The notes under the pieces: generated by a model | What the model saw: the letters and a program-made list of their open reading frames with translations, nothing else | Told to the model about the DNA's origin: nothing | Database searches by the model: none | DNA from: Macrostomum lignano | Lineage: Eukaryota | Assembly: GCA_002269645.1 (NCBI GenBank) | Contig: NIVC01000010.1 | Coordinates: 806,001-870,000, forward strand | Reading direction: 5' to 3' | Length of the DNA stretch: 64,000 nt | Position numbers and translations under genes: made by a program | In this document: in pieces, positions 46,801 through 58,031 of the stretch | How the letters are laid out: the number at the start of each line of letters is the position of its first letter | How positions within the stretch are numbered: the stretch's first letter is position 1

Positions 46801-49800
46801 AGAAATCTCAATGTGATTATTATTAACCAGACGCTATTTCTTTGACCTGTCCCCGTCTGCACAGAGTTCAGTTGTACTGCAGGCCCACTGCGCCATCCGA
46901 GTCAGCACCGGGGGACCCGTGCCCAGCGGCGCGGACGCCGTTGTCCAAGTTGAAGACACCAAACTAATCGAATCCAGCCCCGACCTGACCAAGGAACTCG
47001 TTATAGAAGTGTTGAAGCCGCCAGCTGAAGGTCAGGACATTCGACCGGTCGGTTCGGACATCGCGCTCGGCGCTAAAGTGCTTGACGCCGGCGCTAAGAT
47101 TGGACCATGCGAGCTGGGCATTCTGGCTTCTATTGGCTGTTCGTTAGTGCCCGTGCACAAGCTGCCGACTGTTGGGGTGGCTTCTACTGGCAATGAGGTT
47201 TCAATTGTGCTTGGATGAAATTTCTTAAGTGCACAACTCACTCCGCTGTACACCCACCCCACTCCACTGTACACCTACCCCACTCCACTGTACACCCACC
47301 CCACTCCACTGTACACCTACCCCACTCCACTGTACACCCACCCCACTCCACTGTACACCTACCCCACCCCACTATACACCCACCCCACTCCACTGTACAC
47401 CTACCCCACTCCACTGTACACCCATCCCACTCCACTGTACACCCACACCACTCCACTGTACACCCACCCGACTCAGCTACGTACCAACCTCACCCACTGC
47501 ACACCAACCTCACTCCGATGTACACCCACACCACTCCACTGTACACCCACCCCACTCGACTGTACACCCACCCCACTCCTCTGCGCACCAACCTCACTCG
47601 GCTGTACACCCACTACGCACCAACCTCACTCCGTTAAACACCCACCTTTCTTCGCTGCGTACCAACCTCACTCTGCTGTACACCATCCCACTCGGCTGTA
47701 CATCCACCCCACTTTGCAATACACCCACCCCACTCCACTGTACACCTACCCCACTCCACTGTACACCCACCCGACTCCGCCATGCACCAACCTCACACCA
47801 ATCTCACTCCGCTGTACACCCACCCCCTCCACTGTACAGCCACCCCACTCTACTGTACAGCCACACCAATCCGGTGCGCACCAACCTCACTCCGCTTAAC
47901 ACCCGCCCCACTCCGCAATACATTTACTTGACCAGCAAACCAGAGTCCACTCCTCGCAGTTTTCTTTTTTGTTTTTGTCCAGAGATCCTTTTCTATCGTT
48001 CAAGTTGAATTGACTCTACTAATAGTAGAATTTCACGGAAAATTTTACTAATTTGCTGCTGCGTTTTTATTCTCACCTCTGAATAGCTGATGGAGCCATT
48101 CGGTGCTGGACTTGGCGGCGCAAAAATTCGCGACAGCAACCGCACCACGCTGCTAGCAATGCTGTCCTCGCATGGCTTTCCGGTTGTTGATCTGGGCATC
48201 ATTCCCGATAAGTGAGTTTTGCTGCTCTGAATTGGTCATGAAGTTTTAGTATGTTTCTATGATAGTCATGATACTTCTATGATACTATATCCACTCACTC
48301 ACTAGCTCACTCACTCACTCTCTCTCTCACCCACTCACTCTCTCTCTCACTCACTTACTCACTCACTCTCTCACCCACTCACTCACGCACTCACTCACTC
48401 ACTCACTCACTCACTTACTCACTCACTCACCTACTCACACACTCGCTCACTCACTCACTCACCTACTCACACACTCGCTCACTCACTCACTCACTCCTCA
48501 CTCACTCACTCACTCTCTCTCTCACCCACTCACTCACTCACTCACTCACTTACTCACTCACTCTCTCACCCACTCACTCACGCACTCACTCACTCACTCA
48601 CTCACTCACTTACTCACTCACTCACCTACTCACACACTCGCTCACTCACTCACTCACCTACTCACACACTCGCTCACTCACTCACTCACTCACTCACTCA
48701 CTCACTCGCTCACTCACTCACTCACTCACTCACTCACTCTCTCACCCACTCACTCACTCACTTACTCACTCACTCACAAACTCACCCACTCACTCACTCA
48801 CTCACTCACTCACTCTCTCACCCACTCACTCACTCACTCACTCACCCACTCACCCACTTACTCACTCACTCACTCACTCACTCACTCACTCTCTCACTCA
48901 CTCACTCACTCACTCACTCACTCACTCACTCCTCACTCACTCACCTACTCACACACTCACTCACCCCTCACTCACTCACTCACTCACTCGCTCACGCGCA
49001 TGATTACATTGAGCATGTTATAATTTTCAGGGCGGATTGCCTAGTGACAGCTTTTGAGAAAGCTATCAAGACCTGCCAAGTGATAGTCACTACTGGCGGT
49101 GTATCCATGGGAGAAAGGGTGAGCTTCATCATTTCCATATCCAAAGATAATTCGTTTTTGCAATGCCTTCGAGATAAAAACAAGGCAACATGTGTTGCTG
49201 TTGAATTGCTGTTGACTTTCTATTTTTGTAAACAATTTTGTAGGATCTTGTAAAGCAGGTTTTAACAGCCGATTTCAATGCAACGCTACACTTTGCGCAG
49301 GTGCGAATGAAGCCAGGGTGAGATATAATTACCCATTTTTCGTCTTTGCAATTATGTTTTTCGATGTTTGATGAAAGAAAATTTTTATCAGCGTCTCTAA
49401 ATTTATCGAAAGATATTATCGATTTTAGAAGGGATTTGTCCAAACGGTCTTTTAAAGTCCTCCTTAAACCCAAAAATAATAAAAAAATATATAAACTGAA
49501 AGGTATTAGTCATATTGGGCCAAGCGGACATCAACTCTCTCCCGCAGCAAGCCGACCTCCTTTGCAACCCTATCAGTTGCCAATCGGCACCCGGTTTTGT
49601 TCTTTGGCCTGCCCGGAAATCCGGTTAGCGCGTTTGTCACGGCTAATCTGTACGTGATTCCCGCCTGCCGGAGGCTTGGCGGCTGGTCGGCTCCCCGGCG
49701 CTCTGTTATTAATGTCAAGGTGAGGTGCAAAGCGGCCCAAATCCGTAATTCTTCTCTGTTTTGAGGAGAGCAACAGAGGAAGTATAAGAGAAGAGGAGAG

Positions 49801-50908
49801 TGAGGGAGGGGAAGAGAGTGAGGGAGGGGAAGAGAGTGAGGGAGGGGAAGAGAGTGAGGGAGGGGAAGAGAGTGAGGGAGGGGAAGAGAGTGAGGGAGGG
49901 GAAGAGAGTGAGGGAGGGGAAGAGAGTGAGGGAGGGGAAGAGAGTGAGGGAGGGGAAGAGAGTGAGGGAGGGGAAGAGAGTGAGGGAGGGGAAGAGAGTG
50001 AGGGAGGGGAAGAGAGTGAGGGAGGGGAAGAGAGTGAGGGAGGGGAAGAGAGTGAGCGAGGGGAAGAGAGTGAGCGAGGGGAAGAGAGTGAGGGAGGGGA
50101 AGAGAGTGAGGGAGGGGAAGAGAGTGAGGGAGGGGAAGAGAGTGGGAGGGGAAGAGAGTGAGGGAGGGGAAGAGAGTGAGGGAGGGGAAGAGAGTGAGGG
50201 AGGGGAAGAGAGTGAGGGAGGGGAAGAGAGTGAGGGAGGGGAAGAGAGTGAGGGAGGGGAAGAGAGTGAGGGAGGGGAAGAGAGTGAGGGAGGGGAAGAG
50301 AGTGAGGGAGGGGAAGAGAGTGAGGGGGGGAAGAGAGTGGGAGGGGAAGAGAGTGAGGGAGGGGAAGAGAGTGAGGGAGGGGAAGAGAGTGAGGGAGGGG
50401 AAGAGAGTGGGAGGGGAAGAGAGTGAGGGAGGCAAAGAGAGTGAGGGAGGGGAAGAGTGAGGGAGGAAGAAGAGAGGAGAGAGAGGAGGAGGAGGAAGGA
50501 GGTGAAGGAGGGAAGTGGAGTCTTGTTAGCAGAACCGGATCAATTTCCTACATGAATGGAAAATAAGCTAACAGATAGGAGGCAGCATTGGGGACGCAAA
50601 GTTGTACAAAAAGCAAATTAGCAATGCTGCACTAATTCTGGGATTTTATCGCTCAACAAAAACTGCAGCTTGGCCAGGAGATCGGCCTGGACCCCCGGCC
50701 TGAGTACCACCGCTGCACTCTGCAGTGGCCCAGCGGCATCGATGCGGATGTCCTGCCAACCGCCTGGAGCACGGGGAGTCAGGCCAGCAGCCGCCTGCTC
50801 TCCTGTCAGTCAGCGAGCGGCTTGCTGATTCTGCCGGCTCGTTCCGACTCGCTACTCAGCCTGCCGGCTGGTCACGTGACCCAGTGCATGCTGCTGGACT
50901 GTCCCTAG
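40815..50908 (+). CDS. GPHN: Gephyrin / molybdenum cofactor synthesis protein (MogA-like G domain, linker, MoeA-like E domain), about 665 aa
   Basis: Exons 40815-40860, 43368-43440, 43526-43595, 43689-43781, 43988-44258, 44678-45090, 46865-47197, 48087-48211, 49031-49118, 49244-49317, 49548-49719 and 50669-50908, in phase. Motifs: [111 protein letters not shown]. Confidence 0.96.
41513..42052. mobile_element. MITE with 19-bp TIRs and 8-bp TSD (hAT- or P-like), gephyrin intron 1
   Basis: TIR ccatagtcaggaa(g/t)gtggc at both ends; catcatat duplicated at 41505-41512 and 42053-42060. Confidence 0.88.
42295..42590. repeat. 21-bp minisatellite (copy 3 of the gcggcgccaaaatgagtgcct family), CpG-decayed
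   Basis: About 13 units reading gcagtgctaaaatgagtgcct and similar; gephyrin intron 1. Confidence 0.9.
42593..42780 (-). mobile_element. Probable 3' end of a truncated LINE with (ttcagg)n tail
   Basis: Minus strand ends tttcaggtttttcaggttttcagg after a Cys-containing segment (DCGAT..CCPAL). Confidence 0.45.
44268..44660. repeat. Intronic minisatellite, 41-bp unit acacccacctcactccatgtgcccccaccctgccccaatta, about 9 copies
   Basis: Fills gephyrin intron 44259-44677 from 10 nt after the donor. Confidence 0.96.
45091..46715. repeat. Intronic minisatellite, 23-bp unit gtgtgcattcacatgtctaatta, about 70 copies
   Basis: Starts at the GT donor of gephyrin intron 45091-46864. Confidence 0.97.
47235..47920. 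repeat. Intronic minisatellite, 21-bp unit ccactccactgtacacccacc, degenerating 3'
   Basis: Gephyrin intron 47198-48086. Confidence 0.93.
48285..48995. repeat. Intronic (ctca)n compound microsatellite
   Basis: Gephyrin intron 48212-49030. Confidence 0.97.
49795..50470. repeat. Intronic purine-rich minisatellite, 18-bp unit gagggaggggaagagagt, about 36 copies
   Basis: Gephyrin intron 49720-50668. Confidence 0.97.
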
Positions 50909-51189
50909 TGCCTGTCTGTGGCGATCGTATGAGTAGTATACTGACGTGAAGACGTAGCTTCAATATAGACTGTAGCTTCATTATATTTATCTAATAATTA
51001 GCCTCATTAGAATACACATTAGGTTTTAAATTTTCAATTGAATTCCTTCTTACACGATAATACATCGAAGATAAATTAATTTAAACCAAATGATTCACGT
51101 GATTGCGAGAATTTCATTGTAGGTCTGACTTTGAGATTATACTAAAATTGCACTACCCTAATACATTGTTAAGAAGTTCTTAACTTTGG

Positions 51190-51290
51190 TTGGGCGCGGA
51201 TGATGTGGCCTGCCAGCTGGAGTCGCCGAAGGTGCAACGGGTCGCCGATCTTGACGATGACGCTCAGCAGGCCAGCGTCTGCCGCGTAAA
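51190..51290 (-). mobile_element. Small degenerate RTE C-terminal fragment
   Basis: Encodes LRRLQLAGHIIRA, like RRLRLAGHVIRA in the 16.9-kb RTE. Confidence 0.5.
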
Positions 51291-52670
51291 CTTACTCCCT
51301 GGAGCACCCCAGAAAGTACATGTACGAGTATATCGAAGAAGAGTCCCTATAGGGAGAGGAGCATTCTGTGTGACTGTTACATTTCAAGGTCACACTTGAC
51401 ACAGGTGCGATTGTCCCTGTTAATTATTGTGCCTTAGGAAATATAATTGCTAAAAATTGTTTCGTTTAATGGCTCTCTTGTGTTTTTCTCTTCTTTTTGC
51501 AGCTGCATCTGTCTGGAAATAAGATAACTAGTCTTTTTACAGCTCCAGCTGTTTCAATCGTAGGTTGCAGCAGTTTAAGCCAGACAAAAAAAACTGTTGT
51601 CGAAGCGCTGGACTGGCCGGTTTAGTAATCTCACGTACTGAAACCGATTGACAGTAGAAGTACCAAGAGGTAGGGGGGGGACTTGCTAATGCCTCCAAAT
51701 TTCATCAGAATGTCGTCCATAATGTGCCTGCATCAGCTCTGATTTCGTTAGTCTCTAGCCTTCACCTAGGCGGAGCTTCTGGACCTTCAACAGGTCCATA
51801 GTCGCCTGGTGTCATCTGTTGAAGTACTGACGGCGTCTGGGTGATGACTGAATACTTTGAAATATTAGTGGCTTGGGGCATTCTTCCTTAATTCCATGAG
51901 TGACTTGACTTCGTAGCAGCGACTCCGGCATTGACATTGCGTCTGGTCTCGTGCAACGCGTGCACACGAATCTCTGCTGAGTAGTAGTGCGTACAGTGTA
52001 TGTCCATTCTTGAAAGATGCTTGGTAGTTGGCATAGGGAGATTTCCGCACCGGTGTCCGGCTCACAGTGTAACTTGTGCCGAGTGTGCAATTCCTTCCGG
52101 CCCTTCCACAGGTATATGACAATATAGTAATTGGCACATGCCTCTCGTGCTGATTAAAATTATGGATATTTACAGTAGCTAAACACGTCTTCATCATGAT
52201 TATCTGTATGTTGTGAATCGGCTTCTTTGAAATCAGGAAATTTCTGCAGGTTTGAGTGGGGATTCGTGCACATCATGGCGAAATTTATTCTGCTTTCATA
52301 CACTTATGCAGAATTTCCTTAATTGCATTCTGGCGTGGGTCGAGCTGCCGCATTTTTCACAGACAGTTCCGTCTTCTGATTTAGGCGCAGGCTTCATAAT
52401 TTGAGTCTCCTCCACCGATACATGTAACTCTCCCATCCCAGCAGTTGAACGCGCTCTAACGCTTGGAATCTCTCCTGATCTTGCAAGATTTGATCTCCAT
52501 GTGAGATCTACGAGTAACTATGGGAAGAACTAGCTCATGGCTTGCCCCAGATGAGAGAGGAAAGGGATGGGAAGGTAGAGAAGAGAGAGAGAGAGAGCAA
52601 AAGGCAGAGCGCAGAGAGAGAGAGAGGTGAGCTGAGAAAAGACACAGCGACCCGGACTGCTATTTGTGAG

Positions 52671-53070
52671 CACTGGTGTGATTCAGGCGCGAATGCGCGA
52701 ATCCTGGGGGTCTGGCGCGAAATTTTGTAGAACCATGGGCGCAAAAATTGCATTCTTATTTTCTGCTTTTTACACTTATTCTCTTGTCAGACAGTATGAA
52801 ATACAAGAATGTCATAGCTTAGGAGATTAATCTAACAAACTGAGTTCAATCTTTATCATTTTACTTCATGTCTTAGTGGAGCGAATTAGTGAATCCTGGC
52901 TGTAATTTTACCCATTTTGGCTGGGACTTGAGAGACATGCTAATTGGTAGCCAGACGCATCTTCAAAAGTGTCATCAATTGACTTATTTGGCTGTCAGTA
53001 GAATATTATTGGCATGGCGCGAAAATTTCAGTCGGAGCGAAATTTGGCAAAATTTCCAATCACACCACTG
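52671..53070. mobile_element. hAT-like MITE, 400 bp
   Basis: TIRs ca(c/g)tggtgtgatt; 8-bp flanks tttgtgag and attgtgag (7 of 8 match). Confidence 0.7.
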
Positions 53071-53649
53071 ATTGTGAGCTTCAAAGGCCTGCACCTAGCT
53101 TGCCATGCATGCACGATACACTCCATAGAAATTTTCTGTTTCATGTCATTCCGACAGACAGTCTAAAATTCAGGAAACCACTGTATGTACTGTCATTTTA
53201 AATTAAGCGATAAAAAAAATTGAAAAACACCGAATAAACGAACCATTTTTATGCTTTTGCAATGCTTAAAAAATTTATATTTTGTCGACTTTTTGTTTTT
53301 AAAGGTCTTAAATTTTGAAGGAAAAAGTCTAATATTTTGCACAAACAAAGTTAAAATCTAAAATTTTCACATTGAAGACTTTTTTATACACTAAAAGTTT
53401 TGTTTTACTTTGATAGCATCTAAAAAAATCACAACATCAAAAGTTTTTTTTTATTTTTGTGGTCATCATTTTGTTAGGAGCAGAAAATTAATTGCGTTAT
53501 TTTTGCTTTTGGAATGCTTGAAAAATTGATTTGTAGTTTTGGTTCACAAAAGTTGCTTCAAATATTTTTGAGGGAGGGGTATAGTGACTTCGCAAATCAC
53601 AGTTGTTTATTCAACTTTTTTGAGGTTAAGAATTTAGAGCCGAATATAT

Positions 53650-54356
53650 CTACAGATTCAGCTGCTCCAGGTGGTACTGCCTGTCCAGGAGTTCGCATTG
53701 GATGCCCATGTATCCGATCGGGCAACTGGAAAATAAAGGAATTTCAACAGTAACTTTGGAATTGAGACAAGGGCAATATAACTCAGAAGCCAAAAAATAA
53801 TCATTAGCTACCTGCATATATTCTTCCCGTTCACAAGAAACCTGGTGCAGACACCGCCGTGAATGCATGGTTTCTTGCAGGTCGGGGGTTCGCTCATCCA
53901 GCGCTCGAGTTTCTTCTCGAACTCGTCGTCCTTGGCTTCGGTGGTTTCCTCGTCTTCCGTTTCGATCTTGCGGGCCGGCAGCTGCTCGGCAGGCTGGGGA
54001 AGGGCAGTCTGTGTCGGTGCAGGCGTCGTCTTGTCGAATCCGGTCGAAGGCATCGCAGTCGCTTTGGCGTTGCGACTCACCTGGATGCGGATGGTGACAA
54101 CGGCGCCCTCGGAGATGGTGGCGCGGACGACCTCCTCGAAGTTCTCAAGCCGTGAGCCCGGCAGGTCGCGGCGGCACAGAGTCTTGTTCACGTTGAGGCG
54201 CGGCTTGCCGTCCACGCTGATCAGGGCGCTCAGCTTCACGTCGCCTCCTTCTTTGACCTGCAGCTGCTGCTGCTTCTCGTGCTCGATGCTGGTGCAGAGA
54301 ATCGAGGGAACCTGCATCAGCGCTAAAAGCAGAAAGAATGGCGGGCTTGGCGGCAT
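53650..54356 (-). CDS. Secreted single-EGF-domain protein, ErbB/EGFR-ligand type (neuregulin/Vein-like), about 206 aa
   Basis: Exons 54356-53812 and 53725-53650; signal peptide FFLLLALMQVPSILC; EGF domain CKKPCIHGGVCTRFLVNGKNICSCPIGYMGIQCE with the intron between Cys4 and Cys5; no TM segment before the stop. Confidence 0.8.
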
Positions 54357-54666
54357 GGATAGGTTAGTGAAATGCGTTGCTTTTGCAAATTGTCAAGAAA
54401 GAACCAGGACGGACTCTTCTCGGATCTGGATGCAACGACTTCGCCCAAAAAATCGGATCAATTTATGGACATGGCGCTCCCAGCTAATTGGCTGCCGCCT
54501 CTCGCCAGACTACGCGGGCAACCATTGGCCTGGGGACTTATTGATTCCGGAGAAAAACGGCCTTGGCGAAGGACCGTGCGGCCGCTCCACCAACTCTTAA
54601 CTTAACCTTAACCTCGTCAGGCTTAATTCCTCCGCATGTCGCTCCAGAAGCGTATCTGAGCATGTA

Positions 54667-55998
54667 CGAGGGGTGATCAAAAAGTTCTGCAACCTTTTGT
54701 TATAGCTTTTAGTTATTAGTTATTAGTTATTAGTTAGGCAAAAGCCAAAAACTTACACATATGCGGCTATATCTGTTTGCTATATTTATATGCATTTTTG
54801 GCTTCCAAATGTGCTCCAGTAAAAATCCACAGCCATATATTTTCCATGTGTTTTCAGTAGCTGATGGAAACATCAAAAGACAGTGTTCGCTTCTATATCT
54901 TTATGCGCATGCAACTTGGTTGCAAAGTGACTGAGATTCACACCGATCTGGTGAATGTTTTAGCTGACTCTGCTCCATTATTTGACACGGTTGCCCGCTG
55001 GCTGCGCCATTTCTTGGAAGGCTGAGACAGCTTCAACGATGAACCGAGGTCTGGCCGACCCCGGACATCCGTGACCGAAGATGTCGTGGCCCATGCCGAT
55101 GCAATAATTCGTGAGGATTGGAGCATTATGCTGAGATTCCTTGCCTATGAGCTTGGTGTCAGCTATGGAAGTGCTCATAACATCATGCATGAGCAACTAG
55201 GCCGCACAAAGACCTGCGCTCAGTGGGTACCCTATCTTCTCACTCTGGAGCAGCAAGCAGTGAGGGTGCGCATTTGTCGCTTGTGGGTGCAAATGTTTGA
55301 GCCCCACGGCCCACGACGACTATCAGATGTCATCACAGGAGACGAATTTTGTATCTCCTTCTTTACCATGAAGGATAAGCAGTCCAACATGGTCTGGCTG
55401 GCAGAAGATGAGCCCGAGGCCCAAGGTGCTGAAGACCGGATTCCGCAGTCGGAAGCGGATGTTCACCATTTTTTCAACTCTCAGGGTGTTGTATCGGTGA
55501 ACATCCTTCCAGCAGGTGCCACAGTAACTGCCAGGTACTACACAGACACTGTTCTGCCAGGCGTGCTGCAGGAGCGGCAGGAACGTGTGTGAACCAGGCA
55601 TGGACCTCGACTCCTGCTGCACCATGACAATGCGGCACCGCACAGAGCGGCCTCAACCATGGCGTACCTGGAGCAGCAGGGGGTCCAGCTGCTGCCCCAT
55701 CCACCCTACTCTCCAGACCTAGCACCATGCGACTTTTGGCTGTTCCCGAGGATCAAATCCGTCATTTCTGGGAGGCCGTTTTCACGCATGCAAGACCCTG
55801 CCCAAGCGGTACATTCAGCTCTACAGGGTATACCAACTTCGGAGTACCATGACTGCTTTCAGACATGGTGCACACGCATGCGACGGTGCATAGATAGTGG
55901 TGGAAAGTACTTTGAGGGAATGTGACACTGATTAGACGCCTCGGCTGCTGTAGCACTGAGTTGTGAGGTCACTTGCAGAACTTTTTGATCACCCCTCG
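54667..55998 (+). mobile_element. Full-length mariner (DD34D) transposon with inactivated transposase (54864-55925)
   Basis: TIRs cgaggggtgatcaaaaagttctgcaa flanked by TA; motifs RSGRP, WVPYLL, ITGDE, HHDNAAPH, HPPYSPDLAPCDFWLF (34 residues between the last two Asp); in-frame TGA near 55023 and frameshifts near 55420-55590. Confidence 0.95.
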
Positions 55999-56969
55999 TA
56001 CAGCGCTGCGATCGTATTGGTCTTTCATGATCGCGACGATCTGGTCCATCAAATGTTCTTTGCATCTGAAGTACAGAGGGTTGTTTCGAGGTGGGCCTGG
56101 TAGGTCTTCAAATCCCACCGCTGCTACCAATGAAGTACCAGTGGTTCTCAGTTTTTACTAGCACCGAGCTCTTGGGTTGTTTCATGCTCTCTCTTGCCAG
56201 GAGCCTACTTATCAGTAGCGTTGGTATAGTTGCTGCCACCAGTCACTTCGGGTCTCCGCCTTCGATGAGGTGAGAATCCCGTCGGAGCAAAATAACAAAG
56301 ACGAGCGTGCACCGCAGTCAGCAGATCCTGTCAGGCTCAGTGGGTCGGCTGGGAGGACGGTGTTAGCCTCGGAGCAGACTCAGAGGTCTGAGTTTAGGAT
56401 GAGAATTGAGTCAGGACAATGGGAGAAATCTCATCTGGCATGTACGAGCTAGGATTGATATCATGATCAAGAGTCGTAGATCCATGAGCTAGCTATTAAA
56501 TGTAGAGTTCACCAGGCGATCAGCTGACTAACCCCTCTAGATATCTCGCAGTTCTAAGCAATGAAATATTTTAAGAAATGAAGAAAAAATTGTTAAATTA
56601 TCTTATAGAATTCGACGTATCATTGCTGATTCACAAATCAAATAGTCAAGAAATCAGAAAGTAAAGGTGACAAAAATAGCTCAACTTTATTTCGCTCAAT
56701 TAGATTTTGGAAGGACAAGGCCACGTATTTTTTGGAAAAAAACATTGAGATTACACCTTGCAATGTTGTTCTAGATTAAAATATGTTTTTAGACATTTTC
56801 TGACATAATTTAGACGCTCTTTATCTGAGAATACGTTGCATGTGGAGATATTAGTATCAATAAATAAATTTGACAGCAAAAAATCAAAACTTTCATTGCA
56901 TTTCTCTGTTCGAGACAAAACCCATGCCCAGTAACTAGCGAACTGTGCTGAGTCAGTCTTGCCTGTCAG

Positions 56970-57817
56970 ACATGGGTTTCCCATGAGACAGACATGGGGT
57001 GAGACAGCCCCGGGTTTTCCGGTTGTGAGACAGCCCCGGGTTTTCCGGTTGTGAGACAGCCCCGGGTTTCCCGGTTGTGAGACATGGGTTTCCCGGTTGT
57101 GAGACAGCCCCGGGTTTCCCGGTTATGAGACATGGGTTTCCCGGTTGTGAGACAGCCCCGGGTTTCCCGGTTGTGAGACATGGGTTTCCCGGTTGTGAGA
57201 CAGCCCCGGGTTTCCCGGTTGTGAGACATGGGTTTCCCCGATGTGAGACATGGGTTTCCCGGTTGTGAGACAGCCCCGGGTTTCCCGGTTGTGAGACATG
57301 GGTTTCCCGGTTGTGAGACAGCCCCGGGTTTCCCGGTTGTGAGACAGCCCCGGGTTTCCCGGTTGTGAGACAGCCCCGGGTTTCCCGGTTGTGAGACATG
57401 GGTTTCCCGGTTGTGAGACAGCCCCGGGTTTCCCGGTTGTGAGACATGGGTTTCCCGGTTGTGAGACAGCCCCGGGTTTCCCGGTTGTGAGACATGGGTT
57501 TCCCGGTTGTGAGACAGCCCCGGGTTTCCCGGTTGTGAGACAGCCCCGGGTTTCCCGGTTATGAGACATGGGTTTCCCGGTTGTGAGACAGCCCCGGGTT
57601 TCCCGGTTGTGAGACATGGGTTTCCCGGTTGTGAGACAGCCCCGGGTTTCCCGGTTGTGAGACATGGGTTTCCCGGTTGTGAGACATGGGTTTCCCGGTT
57701 ATGAGACATGGGTTTCCCGGTTGTGAGACATGAGTTTCCCGGTTGTGAGACATGGGTTTCCCGGTTGTGAGACATGGGTTTCCCGGTTGTGAGACATGGG
57801 TTTCCCGGTTGTGAGAT
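56970..57817. repeat. Two-unit mosaic minisatellite: 22-bp gggtttcccggttgtgagacat and 26-bp cgggtttcccggttgtgagacagccc
   Basis: Direct inspection; starts about 220 nt downstream of the TPC3-like stop. Confidence 0.96.
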
Positions 57818-58031
57818 AGGTTGCAATTTCTGAAATATGATAAATAGAATGGGAACTTTTTTCCTACATTATTATCAAATCATGTGCAAGCGTACGTGTA
57901 GAAATCAGAAAAAATTAAAATAGTTTGACTGTGATGTGATTAGTTATTATTCTTTGTTAAAGTAGGACGTATAAATTAAAATTTACTAAATATCAAAACT
58001 CATTTAGTTATGTATAAAAATTAGCAGATTA

